In this document: piece after piece, positions 51,354-64,000 of the stretch
How the letters are laid out: the number at the start of each line of letters is the position of its first letter
How positions within the stretch are numbered: the stretch's first letter is position 1
Program-made: the position numbers and the translations under genes
Source: Bispira polyomma
Lineage: Eukaryota
NCBI GenBank assembly: GCA_965649765.1
Contig: OZ287755.1
Span: forward strand, 46,562,001-46,626,000
Direction: 5' to 3'
Length of the DNA: 64,000 bases
Notes under the pieces: model-generated
Told to the model about the DNA's origin: nothing
What the model saw: only the letters and a program-made list of their open reading frames with translations
Databases searched by the model: none

Positions 51354-52314
51354 TAAAATAGACTACTTTATCACGAAACCTCTTACTTTCTTTCAAACCC
51401 CCCCAGAAAAACACACCAAAGAATATGATATTTGTAGCCGCCGAAGACAGTAAGAACCGTAAGATTATCTTGTTAACTTTTAACAATAGAATTATGTTTT
51501 ATTTTTTTTAAGAACCAACTCACCCCATGGGCTTCTGTGGATTTGTGTCGTCGACGATAACACTCTACAGGGCCCTTCTTATCCATATTTTTTTTATTTC
51601 ATTTAGTGGTCGCACTGATACCTAATCAACTCCATATTCTTGACAAACATGGCGACTAGATACACGTACTTATATTTATAAAACTCCGGTTGATACGAGT
51701 GCCACAACAAACAACATGTATTATAAATACGTTATTAGAATACGTTGATAGTTCGTTCTAGAGTATTGATCTGTTGTCAGAACCTATGGGTGTCGTTACT
51801 TATTTGGTGGTGCAATATTTACGAAGAAAGTTGTGGTAGTTTCAACCATCGGGAAATGAGACATTCCCGTGTGTTATTCCAGTGCATAAATGGCTGGGCA
51901 AATTTCCCCATAGAATAGAGTTGTGTACGTCCAAGCAATTTTCGAGCACACCTTCTACCGTAAATGAAAACACCAATACACTAGTTCAAAAAAGGTGTAA
52001 ATATAGATTCCGACTTCAGCTGATTGTGCAATATTAGTGTTATTTTCAGGAGATTAATAGCTGTATTTTCTGTAGGAACATTTTGTTGACAGAAATACAC
52101 TTATTCTTTCATTAACTCTTTTATTGATATAGTTGCCATAAATAAAAACTGTTTATGATGACATATGATGGCCGACTCCTAAAAAGTTCAGTCCCTGAAT
52201 TAATTTAAATATAATTCGAAGAATGGGATTCTTTTCACACTACATTAATACCAGTACTCAAGTGTAGCCTTTTTGAGGCTCAGGTTGGCTCTACACTGAT
52301 ACAATACATATTAA

Positions 52315-52920
52315 TGCCGTGGTCACACTGAGTATGTTCGTGTTACGTTTTTTTCGTAAACATGAGAAAACCGAGTGGGAAAATGGGGAAACGTAGCAAA
52401 AATCAAATGTATGGGCTGTTTTGTGCACGTTCAGTACGCATTTGTACACTTTTTTACACCCATTTAATATGTTTTAATAGCTTTTCCAATTATGTTTACC
52501 TCGTTAGGCACGTTTTAATAATATGCGAGCCTCGTTATCCACGTTTTAGCCTCGTTAGCCATGTTTTAGAACTACGTTAGTCACGCTTCTAAACCCGTTT
52601 CAGTCTCATTCTCCTCGTCCCTAATATTATGTGTAGGTATAGTTCATTTTACTTCCAATCTTCCTGTCAAATATGCATTGAATACGTTTCAGAAATTTTT
52701 GCAGCAAACGGCTAAAAACGTAAAAAATTTTGTGCAGTCCGAAAATTAGGACGTTTTTTTAAAAGCAGGAGATAACAAAACTTATATAAGATACCACCTT
52801 TTTCTTACGTTTACTTCTGTTACTTCCATTTACTACGTTTTACTTCCGTTCTCTACATTTTACCTTACGTTAGCCATTTTTCGTGCGTAAACAAAACGTA
52901 AGGCCAGTGTGACCACGTCA
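52315..52920. mobile_element. PIF/Harbinger-type MITE, copy 2, inverted relative to copy 1
   Basis: TIR TGCCGTGGTCACACT / AGTGTGACCACGTCA, TAA duplications; internal sequence is a reverse-complement homolog of 50738-51353. Confidence 0.85.
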
Positions 52921-53399
52921 TAAGGGGCAGTTCCTTACATCCCAATAAACGTTAGAAACGTTTATAAACTTACTTTTAAATATATATATAAACCTTACAT
53001 AAGATATTATTTCTTTATTTGATATCAGTTAAAATTGTTAAACGTGCGCATATTCTCCCAAACCTTTATAAACATTTATAAATATGTTGTTTTTTTTCTA
53101 AATAAAAAAATGTTGTCTCGTTCTCAATTTGTAATGACACAGAGCATTTATTTAGCTTCTTTTTTTTTTTTTAGGGGGGGGGTTTCCGTTTTTAAGGCCA
53201 AAAAGAAAATACACTGCTAAAAAAAAATAGGAATTTTTAGTAATTTCAAAAGTTTAGAGAATTTTAATTATTTTGATATGTATTTGTATCAACACATCTC
53301 TTTTCCTTATTTCAAACTATTGTTCCTTCCCTACGTATCAAATGTAGTTAATAAAAATGGTCATTTTGGTATTTAGCCAGCAACTGATGCGAGTGTCAA

Positions 53400-53790
53400 T
53401 GGTGTTAGGATTGACAACCTCTTCATTAGAATGTCTTTGAAGAAAGTGGTGTAAAATGCTTGTTGCCTTCACTACCTTAGTGGCTATAAAGGTTAATAAT
53501 CGTCTTTGGTATGCACCATCTTTGGGACAAAATTCCAAAACCTTTCTTTGATATATTCTCCTTGCTCTAGAGTCAATTTTTATTTTTAATTACATGTAGC
53601 GTCCTTTTCTGATAGATTTCTACCTGGATATGGCATACTGAGGTAATGTTTTAGTGGAAAAGCTTGATCACCCACAATAGCATTTGGCAATAGACCAATT
53701 TCTGGAACATCACGCAAGATCTTTGGAGGGGATTTGTACGTTTTACCAAATTTAACCAAGTTTGTAGTCCCAACAATATCATCCAAATAG
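53400..53790 (-). pseudogene. Harbinger/PIF (HARBI1-like DDE) transposase relic
   Basis: IVGDQAFPLKHYLSMPYPG, then in shifted frames SRARR..GFGIL..RW and KVVKATSILHHFL; may extend to ~54150. Confidence 0.75.
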
Positions 53791-54550
53791 AGTTAGTATT
53801 AGTGTTAATTTTAATTATCATAAGAGTGAAGTTCTGCCCCAATGAAGAACAAATACAGATATCGGTGGATCGTGTTATGTGCACCCTGTTTGGATTGCTA
53901 TTTCCTGTGATAAAATACTCCACTTTCAGCATTTTCAAAATGTATTAGTAGCAACAGATGTATTTTCAGTTTCTACAATTTGCATATGGAAAATCAATTG
54001 TGATTTCATTATTTTAGACAAGTTGGGCTTAACGTCGCTTTTAACACTTTTATGTCATATCATGAAGGACATTTCACCACTAAAGGAAATCAAAAAGGGT
54101 TGTTGGTCAAGGGTTTCTGCTCTGTTGTGTAACCACAAGATTCCTGCAATCTGACTAAACCACTGCTACTTTTGCATCAGTCATACTCCAGGAATAATGT
54201 ATTGTATTTTATTTATTGTAAGAAAATACAACCATGAAACATATAACTATATCTTTTCTACACCAGCGGCTAGCACATGTGTAAATGAATTTAAAGTTAA
54301 GGAAAGTTAAACCTGTCTCGAAAAAAGTAAATCTAAACACAGGCTACTGGTAGAATATTGAATGATTACAGGTAGTTCATTACACTGGAAAGCATCCTGT
54401 GATAAAGTATAGACTCTAGGAGTTTATAATAGAGATGCCCAGTACACAACAATATAATTAATATAATAAATTACAAATAACATCACACTCCATCTTGGAA
54501 AATGTGTTAAAAATATAAGCTATCAGGTTTCAAGAACAATTACACACACT

Positions 54551-57500
54551 CTATAACAGAGCTCCTATTTTGTCTAGTACAGATTTGGTATACACCTGAA
54601 CTGTCATACCATCATCCCCTACATGCCACTTCAAGCTAGCTTTATCAAGTTTTGTATTGCATTCCCGAAGATCAATCACCCTCAGTTGATTGCACTTAGA
54701 AAACACATTCATGAGATTCTCAATACTGCCAAGCAGGAGGCTATTCTTGGAGAGGTTCAATTCAGTAACTCTTGGCAAAGACCGAATAACTGGAATCACT
54801 GTGTCCACATGACTATCTGTGTTAATACGGCAGTTGGAGAACTTCACAAATTGCAACTTCTTGCACCACTGAAGACCTTGCAAAACAGAGTGCCAATGCC
54901 GTATCTCACCCATGTTGTTGCCGCTGAGGTTTAGATGCCGTAACTGTGTTAAGCAGGCCAAGAGACTGCCTAGACTTAGGAAATGAAACGGCAGACAAAG
55001 CTTGCAGTTGTCAAGATTTAGTTTTCTTAAGCTGCGACACATTTTTAGATTCTCTGCAAAGCTACACCACGCTGGTTCATCCACATGGATATCATTTTCT
55101 GAAATGTCCAGGTGTTCCAGATGAATTAGCTTCCGTACTACAGTACCTAGTCGTTCTATTTGGTAATTACTGTGCACTTTACACCTTGGAAGTGAGAGCT
55201 CTTTTAGCTGCTTGCAGTTTTCTACTCCTCGCATCAGCGCATTCCATGCCATATTGTCTGACTCTCCAATATTGTTTTCACTCAAGTTCAGATGTAATAG
55301 GGAATCTGTCAAGCTACAGAGTGACTCGCCCAAGCTGGCGATATGTTCTTCACAAAGACTATTTCTTGAAAGATTCAGATGTTGCAGTTTGTAGCAAGTT
55401 TTTAATCCTGAGACAAAAGTAGTCCAGTCATACTGGGCGATTCTGCCCAATGCATTTTGGTGCATGTCTAAGTGGATGAGGTGTTGCAGTTTGTTTAGAC
55501 TAGTAGCGTTGCCTTCAAAATGGCTGGACTGTAACCCACATCTAGACATATTCAATGTTTGTAGGGACGTTTTACTCAAGGCCAGAACAAGACTGTGCCA
55601 ATCTGATAGTACCATGTGCTGCATATTGTTTCTCTCAATGTTGAAATGTTTTAAATTCCGACTGCTTTCAATAGTTGCAGCCAGTTTGCTGATCTGGTAA
55701 AAGCTGGTTATACAGCAGTTCATAATGTTTATGTCTTCAATGGTAGATTTGTCTCGCAAAGCTGTGCAAAATGCATTCCATGATTTCTTATCTACTTCAC
55801 TTAAATTGTTGGTGGAAATATCGACAGCCTTAAGCTTAGGGCAACTTACAATAACTTGACTGAGTCCTTCAATATGGTGGGATTGTGTCATCCCACATCC
55901 CGAAAAATTCACAACAGCTAAATGTTGTGTGCTTTTAGAAAACCTGAGAAAATTGAACCAAGATCTTGACCCCACTTTGTTGAAGTTATTCCTTGACAAA
56001 TTAAAGTCAGTCAAGTACACCATCGTAGATACAGCATCACCTAAATGTAGCATTAGGGATGGCTGACGAAGCTCACATCTGCTGAAATCTAAAGTTTCAA
56101 GATGCTTCAAATGTTGCAATGCATTCAAGAAGGCAATCACTTCTCCATCTTGGCAATTTCCAAAGCTGTTTCTTGACAAGTCAAGGTTAACAAGATGCTT
56201 AAGGTTCTCGAACGCTTTTCCTAGTTGCCTTATATGATTGTTTTGCATCAAACGACACTTGCTCAACTTCAGATGTCTCAAAGTATGTACGGATGAAAGT
56301 GACTCAACAAACTCTGTCCAAATGTGGTCATCAATGTTTCCAAAATTATTTTGTGATAAGTCTAAATTTGCTAAAGACTGAAATTTGTGGAATGCTGTAC
56401 AAAGACTTTGTAAATGATATTCCTGTGTCAATCTACAAGCCGTGATCTTCAAAGTTTCTAAGTCTTTACAGGTTCCCAGCTTTTCTGTAGCATTTTTCCA
56501 TTGTGATTCGGTGTGGAAGTCATTGAGATATGACTGATCTATTGAGAGGGTATTCAAAATAGCGTTAAATTTTAGAAATCTAGCAAAAGACGCAATGTAT
56601 ACATCATTGTGTACAACACATACGTTACTTGTTGTGGTGATCCAATCATGTTCCTGGATAAAGCAATGACAAATATACGCTTTTGTGCAATGTCTGTCAA
56701 TGACCGGGCCAATAAGTTGCAAAGACTTCTCAGTCACATTTCTCAAACTGTTTCCAGAGATATCTATAGACTTAACTGCTTTGTTTGTGATTAAATATTG
56801 AAATATGTTTTCCATCTGATAGGATTGAAGGTTACAGAAAGGAAGTTTTAAAACTTCAAGCATCGATTTAGACACTAGGATGGTAAACAATTCTTCCCAT
56901 AACTCCTTTGCCAAAACAGAAAGGTCTGCATTTTCTATTTCAAGATGTTTCACTATGTCAGTTTGCCGCAAGGCATTGGTCACCAATTCAAAATCCACAT
57001 CAGGGCCAGATACACAGATTATTGATGGCAATTCATTGTCCAAGAGGAACGATAACAGGGCATCATCAGTATTACGATTCTTTGTCTCAGTCAAGATACT
57101 TTCATTCTCTTCATTCCAGCACAGTTTGGCTTTGATGTGGTATAACTGATTCAGTAATCTGCACTTCATCGATTTTGACATGGCTTCACTGATATACTTG
57201 TACATTGCTATGATGTAGTTATCTGGGATTGTAGCCTTTATGCCAGTGACTGTGTACTTCTTCACATTTAGAAGGTATGTGCAATAGTCCTCCATTAGTG
57301 AGGGGTCCTGAGATTCAAATACCAGTGATGTTTCATAGTGAGTATCATATGCAGGCTGACCATACCTATCAGTGCTGACCTGAAGGTGGCAGGCACAAAT
57401 CCCATACAGAAATACACTTTTAGCAAATTCTGTCGAGATGCCGGAAGCAAACTGGATTGCAGTGACAACCTGCTGAAAACTGTCTTCTAATGATTTTGTT

Positions 57501-58845
57501 TCTTCAACTTGGGAATTTAATTCTACATGTTTCCACTCCTTTCTGATGCAAACATTTTCCAGACCAGCCAGGATTCTCTTATTATTGAAGATTCCCCTTG
57601 ATTCTAAGGTCATCAGGTGCATTGCTGTTTTGGGAAATCCAATCTTTGCACAAAAGATTCCAGAAAAGTATTCTTGGAAGGTTTTGTGGCAAAATGTGTA
57701 CGTCCGTCCTGCACTACCTCTGTGTTTCGAAACTTCAGTGAAGTAACCAATCCTCTGGACAAGGTGTTCTTCCAGAAAATTGTCTTGTAAATCTTGTAAC
57801 GTAAACACATATTTTTCTTGAGCTAGATTGTGGAAGCTCATTCTGCCGATGAGGTATTTCATTAAAGGCACTGTATGCTGTACGTGTTTTTCTGTGTCAC
57901 AGCCTGTATATGATATGGCAACATATCGCTTCTCAAAGACATCAGCAAAGGTATTGTACATTTCCAGTCTGGTCTTTGGTAATTCTAGGGTTTCTAACCT
58001 CTTGTCATTGCAATGTTCTTGAGCCAGAACACAAAGTAAGGTGAGATAGATTGGAACTCCAAGGAGTCTACTGTCAAAAAGGAATTCCTTGCATCTTTTG
58101 ATAAATGACTCCACATCATCAGATCCGGCCTTGGGTCCCAACATGTGATGTATAAAACTTTCACGGCTTCGCTCAGTTACTCCAGTTAGTGTGACAACTC
58201 TATTCGCCAATGGCTTGAATTTCTCTAATATTCCTTGGTACATTCGGGTCGTCACAACCACTTTTGCTTTGGGCAACAATGATCCACTAATAAGGTTCCA
58301 AATGTCTGATTTTTCCATACCTGATATATTCTCATCTACACCGTCAACCAGGAATGTCATGCAGCTTTGTAAATGCACATCTTGCATAAAGTATTGAAAT
58401 GCTGCCCTGAATTCTTTCCCTATGAGCATCAAGTCTTCAAATATAATGTCCAGTAAATCTTTACTTTGCACAGCACTCATTGGAATATACACATTGAAAT
58501 TGGCATGGTCTTTGAGATCAACTGCCCAGTTTACAGTCCATCGCTGGAGTAAAACAGTCTTGCCCGAGCCAGTTTCCCCCTGAACTACTGTAACCCTGTG
58601 ATGATTTTTAGTGTTTGAGAAAAGTTTGTCAGCATCATTCATTCTATAAACTTCTTCGACACTTTTGCAGTTGCGGGGTTTATTCGTCTGATTTGGCCTT
58701 GGCTTGCTAGGAAAACGTATCAGAGCATTTAGCTTTAAGAGTATGTTCCTGTCTATTATTATGTCCATATGAAACGTATTTCCTGGTATGGGGATGATGT
58801 CTTTCAAGGTTGCACAGAATTTCTGTTTTACACTGGACAACATAT
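54551..58845 (-). CDS. NLR gene 2, terminal exon: NACHT, winged helix and LRRs
   Basis: Walker A GETGSGKT, Walker B FLVDGVDE, FCHKTFQEYFSG, LRRs; collinear paralog of gene 1; acceptor TTCACAG|AT (phase 1). Confidence 0.93.
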
Positions 58846-59126
58846 CTGTGAAGATATAAAATGATTATATTGGTTAAAAAATACATAACACAAGATCTTT
58901 ACTTCAGCACTGTGTGAAGGAGGACATAGCTGCTTGCCAGAAGTAAATAGTTTTTGCTAACTATGTGTGTACAGCATTACGCTATATGGCCCGCTTTTAT
59001 ACACCTCTATGATCTACAAAAAAGGCATTACTTTTACTACTAAGGTTCCCAAAATAAATAAGTTGCTTTGGCATGATGAACAAGAATGCAGTGACCGCTA
59101 GCGGTCACAAAGAAAGAATTGTTTAA

Positions 59127-59904
59127 GGCTTTAGTATCGTAAACACATAAATGGGTCGGGGATAAAGCATGCTATTTTTACGAGAGTCATTTCTAGTCTG
59201 TATCACAACTATGAGGACTGCAAAGTACACTTTAGTATGGGTTTTAACCATTTTTATATGTCTAAACAATTTAAAAAGTTAATACTATTGTATAAAACTA
59301 TAAAAACACCCATACAGCAATTCCTGTATTGAGACGTCACACAATTTGAAATCCATGGTGAAATCATATTTGTAAACAATTCTCGCAGAGAGCCCCGTCT
59401 ATTGTGACACAATACAAGTATTGATCCAGCAAAAATAGAGACATTATATACACTAAACAACTTTAGAATACATGTATATTATTTTCAATGATTTACATTT
59501 TTCAATATGTTTCCTTATTTTATAAAAACAAAGAATACAAAACATCTTTCTGTTTAGAAGAGTGTAACTTTAATATTTTTTCTAAAATTATCCCAGTTTT
59601 TGTGCTTTTTTGGAAAAACGAATTCATTAAAAAAAATGCCAACGTTTTCATTTTTCTATTAATATACAACACTTCAGTATTGATCCCTTCTTGGTATATG
59701 AATTGTGTCACGTTTGTGAAGCATGTACTTGGAAAATATTACCCATTTTAGTTACAATTTGATACACTGCTATATGTATTGTATGTCTCAAGATATCTAT
59801 TTAAATGAGTCATAAAATATAATTATTAGTATATAATTAAAATATGTCATTTTTTATTATTTCTACTCATGATCGTTTTATGTGTTTACGTCACTACTAA
59901 ACCC
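59127..59904. mobile_element. Non-autonomous DNA transposon with TTAA target (Kolobok-like), copy 1, in the NLR2 intron
   Basis: TTAA|GGCTTTAGTATCGTAAACACATAA ... TTATGTGTTTACGTCACTACTAAACCC|TTAA; RR..YY termini with TTAA TSD. Confidence 0.75.
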
Positions 59905-60565
59905 TTAAGAGAACGAACCAACAGACAAAAATGAAAATATTACCTCCTAGCTTAAATTTAGAGCAAGCTATTGTTATAAAAACTATTTCAATAATGTGAT
60001 TTTTACATAATTTTGCTTTAAAACCTAATAAAACAATTTATTTTTGGGTCAAAAACATTTTGATAAATTGCCAGCATTGCCGAACACTCGAATTTGATCG
60101 AATCAGCTCCAAGTCCCATTTTCAAAAACCGGTTCCTACCAAACTTTTGATCTTTGCAAAGACTACTAACAGTAAGTTAAACAATTTTTATATCGTCTTT
60201 TCGCTGCAAAAAGCCGAAGACTTTACCTTACCAAATGAAACTAATTTTTAGGGTATACTACTTTGTATTTGGACAACTTTATTTCGAATTGTTGAGGGGC
60301 AAGGTCTGTAAGTGTGAAGCAATTTTATTGATTACTGTGTCAGCAATTCTGATTGACTGACCACTTACTGTAAAGTTTTAAAGCATCTTAACAATAAATA
60401 TTGTATAGATAGGAGTTTATTTTCAAAGCAATCAATAGGGTTAATATCAATGGATGCATCAAGTAAATTTTTATCCAATTTTTATCAAATGTTTTTGCGT
60501 TTGGCGAAATGCATTTTTTATTATTTGGAAAGCAAGATTTATACCAATGACAAAGTGTTATTTAA

Positions 60566-61443
60566 GGCTTTAGTAACGAAAACACAAAAAACTATCGCCG
60601 CTAAACCACGTTATGTATGGTTGAGCTTCTCAGAAACTGCACAACTTTTTGGGGTGGCCTTAAACTGGATTTATCGATAACGTATTTACATTTTCATGAG
60701 TAGAAATAAAAAAGAATGACATATATTTTAAATATATACTAATTCATATATTTTACCTATCATTTTAATAGCTATTTGAGACATACAGTACATATAGCAG
60801 TGTGTCAAATTGTAACTGAAATGGCGATTTTTTTCTTTTAAGTACATGCTTCACAAACGTGAAACAATTCACATACCAAAAAGGGATCAATATTAATGCA
60901 GTGTGTATCACTAGAAAAAGAAAAACATCAGCATTAATTCTGATGAATTCGTTTTTCAAAAAAGCACAAAAACGTGGATAATTTTAGAAAAATACTAAAG
61001 TTACATTCTTCTAAACAGAAAGTTGTTTTGTATTCTTCGTTTTTATAAAATAAGGAAACATATTGATAAAACGAATTCACTAAAAACAATATACACATTA
61101 TCTAAAGTGGGATAGAATACATAATATCATCATATATGCTGGATCAATAACCGTATTATGTCACAAAAGAAAGGGCTCTCTCCGAGATTTGTTTACAAAT
61201 ATGACGTTCTACATAGATTTTTAAATTGTGTGACGTCACAACACAAGGATTGTTTTATGGGTGTTTTCATAGTTTTGTAGCATAGTATTGATCTTTTTAA
61301 TTGTTTGGACATATAAAAATACCTAAAAGGCTTACTAAATTGTACCTTTAAAGTCATCATAGTTGTTATACAGAGTAGAAATGACTCTCGTAAAATAGCT
61401 TGCTTTATCTCCGGCCCGTTTATGTGTTTACGTTACTAAAGCC
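60566..61443. mobile_element. Kolobok-like non-autonomous element, copy 2, inverted relative to copy 1
   Basis: TTAA|GGCTTTAGTAACG ... CGTTACTAAAGCC|TTAA; 60690-61443 is a reverse-complement homolog of 59127-59870. Confidence 0.78.
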
Positions 61444-62591
61444 TTAAAGTACATCCTGTGGGTACTTGCACAGTGAAGGATATTTGTTGTTTCGGTTTTC
61501 TTATATGTCTTATATTGTCTTCGATCAATGGCCGTAGTATGCCGACCACTGGCAGACTGAGCCTAAAACATTCCTATGTTTCAAAGTAACTTTTTTTATT
61601 AGGGCAAGTTAATTAGAGCAAAGTACACAATGTATATTTCAACATCAAAAAATATGTAAACCATTTGTGACTATTTGGGTAATGTATTTTTTTAATTTAC
61701 CGGATCCAATTTCTGGACTTCTTAACAAGTGTCTGCAAGGATTGTCTAGTTAAAATAAAAGTTAAATTCACAAGGAAGTGTATAATAAGAGGGCAATTTT
61801 TTTTAATTACAGCAGGAATAATGTGGGTCTCTTCTTTGCTGACCAAACAATACTACATGTTTACTGGCATTCCTAACAAGTAATAATGACTGTTGAAACA
61901 AAAACTGAATATTTAAATTGATGGTAAATTAGAACAGCCAATTAATCAAGTAATCAAACCTCAAATTGACCTTTGTAGAATAATTTTAACACAATTACCA
62001 CTGAGTTATTGTATAGATAATAACCAAATGGCACTACATTATGTCAAATTAATGGTGTATGATGGCCTTTTGGCTGATATAAGGAGATGGTAGATAGTTC
62101 TGATGAGCACAGAATCACTCTATCTTACTACATTTTTCTCGATTCAAAAATAGTTTCAAAATTTGACTTGTAACAAAGAGTATACCACAAAGGGCAGGAA
62201 ATAAGTTTGAAATCTCTCCATCTCGAGAGTTACAACAATTGCAAGTATACCCAAAAGGGTTAAAAATAAGCTCTATCACTCCAATTTGCCGCATTGTAGA
62301 GATACTAAATATTTTCTGGAAAGTCAAAAAATTCAAAATCGTATCATCAATGCTGAAAGTCATTTCAATATTAAAGCCATGTGTATTATTTTATTTCATC
62401 TGGTTAAAAATTTTAACAAAAACCTGAGTGATCACACATATGGCAGTCTTCGGGGATGATTAAATTTGCCAGAAAAACATAAAACTGAATATTCAAATAA
62501 CAGGAATTTGTTTGATAGAAATTTTACTCCAGTATATGACAATATCTTAAAGATTACTCGTATGGTACGATGCAAAACCAATAACACTCAC

Positions 62592-63219
62592 CATGGTAGA
62601 CCTCTTGAAGTTTATAGGTTATGCTCGCCATTTTCTCGCTTCTAGAAATTAGCTTGAATAAAGGGACATTTACACCTTCCTGTAAGTGTGTTACAAAACA
62701 AAGCACTGTTGTAATGCCCCCATTGTTGACTTGTTGAAGTAAGTCACCTATTTTCTCTGATACTGTTTCCCCCCGGCACGACAAAATTACCATCTTTGAT
62801 TTCAGGTGTTCAATTACAGTCTCTACATCCCTCAAGTTCTCCAATAACCTGCAATAATGTTGTTGCACCAAATCGCGTCCAGCTTTTTGAACTTCCAACC
62901 ATTTTTGGTTAGTTTTCAGTCCCTCCGTGACGAGTAACTTACACAGGGTATCATTGGTGCTTGCAATCAGTGCCTGCAGAAACTTTTCCGCCTTGTCACC
63001 TTTTTCGTCTTTTTGAATTATGTCAATCAAAAGAAGCAACTTGTCTTCGGAAACTGATTTGATGTCCAGTCGTTCTTTGTCCGAGCTGTTTAGGCAAAAC
63101 GAACTGAATAGGTTTGCAATCAATCCATCTACATCTCGAGTTTTGCTTATTATATCTTTTGAACATATCTTTATGGCTTCCTTTTTCTGCAAGTTGCCCA
63201 TATGTAGCAATTTATCTCG
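62592..63219 (-). CDS. NLR gene 2, tandem CARD-like exon
   Basis: Acceptor TTTTCAG| (phase 0); donor CATG|GTGAGT (phase 1) in frame with the exon at 58845; same boundaries as gene 1. Confidence 0.82.
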
Positions 63220-64000
63220 CTGAAAATAAAAATCACACAACCAGTCATTCTGAAGCATCATTAACAAAATGAAGAACATATTTTTAAATGTTTGATAACA
63301 ATGGTATAATATGTGTTATTTGTTGTACATATCTAAAACAATAATGTTAACTGACATAAAACTGACAAACCTTCATGTAAGTGAGCGATAATGAAAAGAT
63401 TTATTGCAAATTAGGCTTTGCAGTTTTGAGTTGTCATCATATTGAGCACTGGTAAGTAGCTATAACAGTCTGTTTGTTGACTTAAGAATAACCATCAACA
63501 ATGTATCAGAAAAATTAGAAATACTTAAAATTATGATGGATTTTCCTTATTCATTTTAATTTTAATAGCTTCTATTAAGGTATTTATTATGATTGACAAA
63601 AATAATTTAATCTTAATAATTACTTTAATTTTAAAATCATAAGTAGAGTATGGTGAAATAAAATCCTTAAATTTAATTGCATTAATAGAGTTGAAGTTGT
63701 CTAACCTGAACCTAACACTAACTTTATTCAATGTACATTTGGATGTAGCACAAAATATACATCCGGATAAAAGTATTTGGACGAAAAGTATCGTTTTGTT
63801 TCCTCTTATTTGTGATTCGTTTTTTACATTATTTTATGTCTCATATTTTGCTATATTTATTTCTCTCCCAAACTGGTGTGTAAAGCCTAGGTCCAATTTT
63901 GGCAATTTTAAATTAAATCCTGATGCTAAAATGATGTAGACCGCATTTAAGCACTTAAATCTCCATGGGGTCCCTTTTCTGGATGCATTAGTCTCTATTT

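Overview
AT-rich animal (probably marine invertebrate) genomic DNA; no prokaryotic features. The first ~29 kb is mostly non-coding, with tRNA-derived SINEs, LINE fragments, MITEs and one likely single-pass membrane microprotein (23053-23253) followed by a decayed duplicate. The right half has two paralogous minus-strand NLR genes (tandem CARD-like exon spliced to a 4.3-kb NACHT-LRR exon). They are interleaved with two divergent tyrosine-recombinase (DIRS-order, Ngaro-like) retrotransposons, a Harbinger transposase relic and two inverted MITE pairs. Element 1 (29399-36364) has near-identical split direct repeats (A1-ORFs-B1-A2-spacer-B2). Element 2 (~44962-50155) is older and decayed. The main result comes from comparing the two elements, which share a cis-signal set at homologous positions: (i) an A-AAA-AAC slippery site plus a covarying hairpin, predicting -1 frameshifting from gag into RT/RNaseH; (ii) a phase-1 splice donor in gag and a phase-1 acceptor just before the recombinase, predicting a spliced Gag(N)-recombinase fusion; (iii) an identical 13-mer at the end of the recombinase gene; (iv) an array of GGTNACC-centred palindromes in the 3' repeat. 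I cannot check the literature, so novelty is unverified. All alignments were done by eye.
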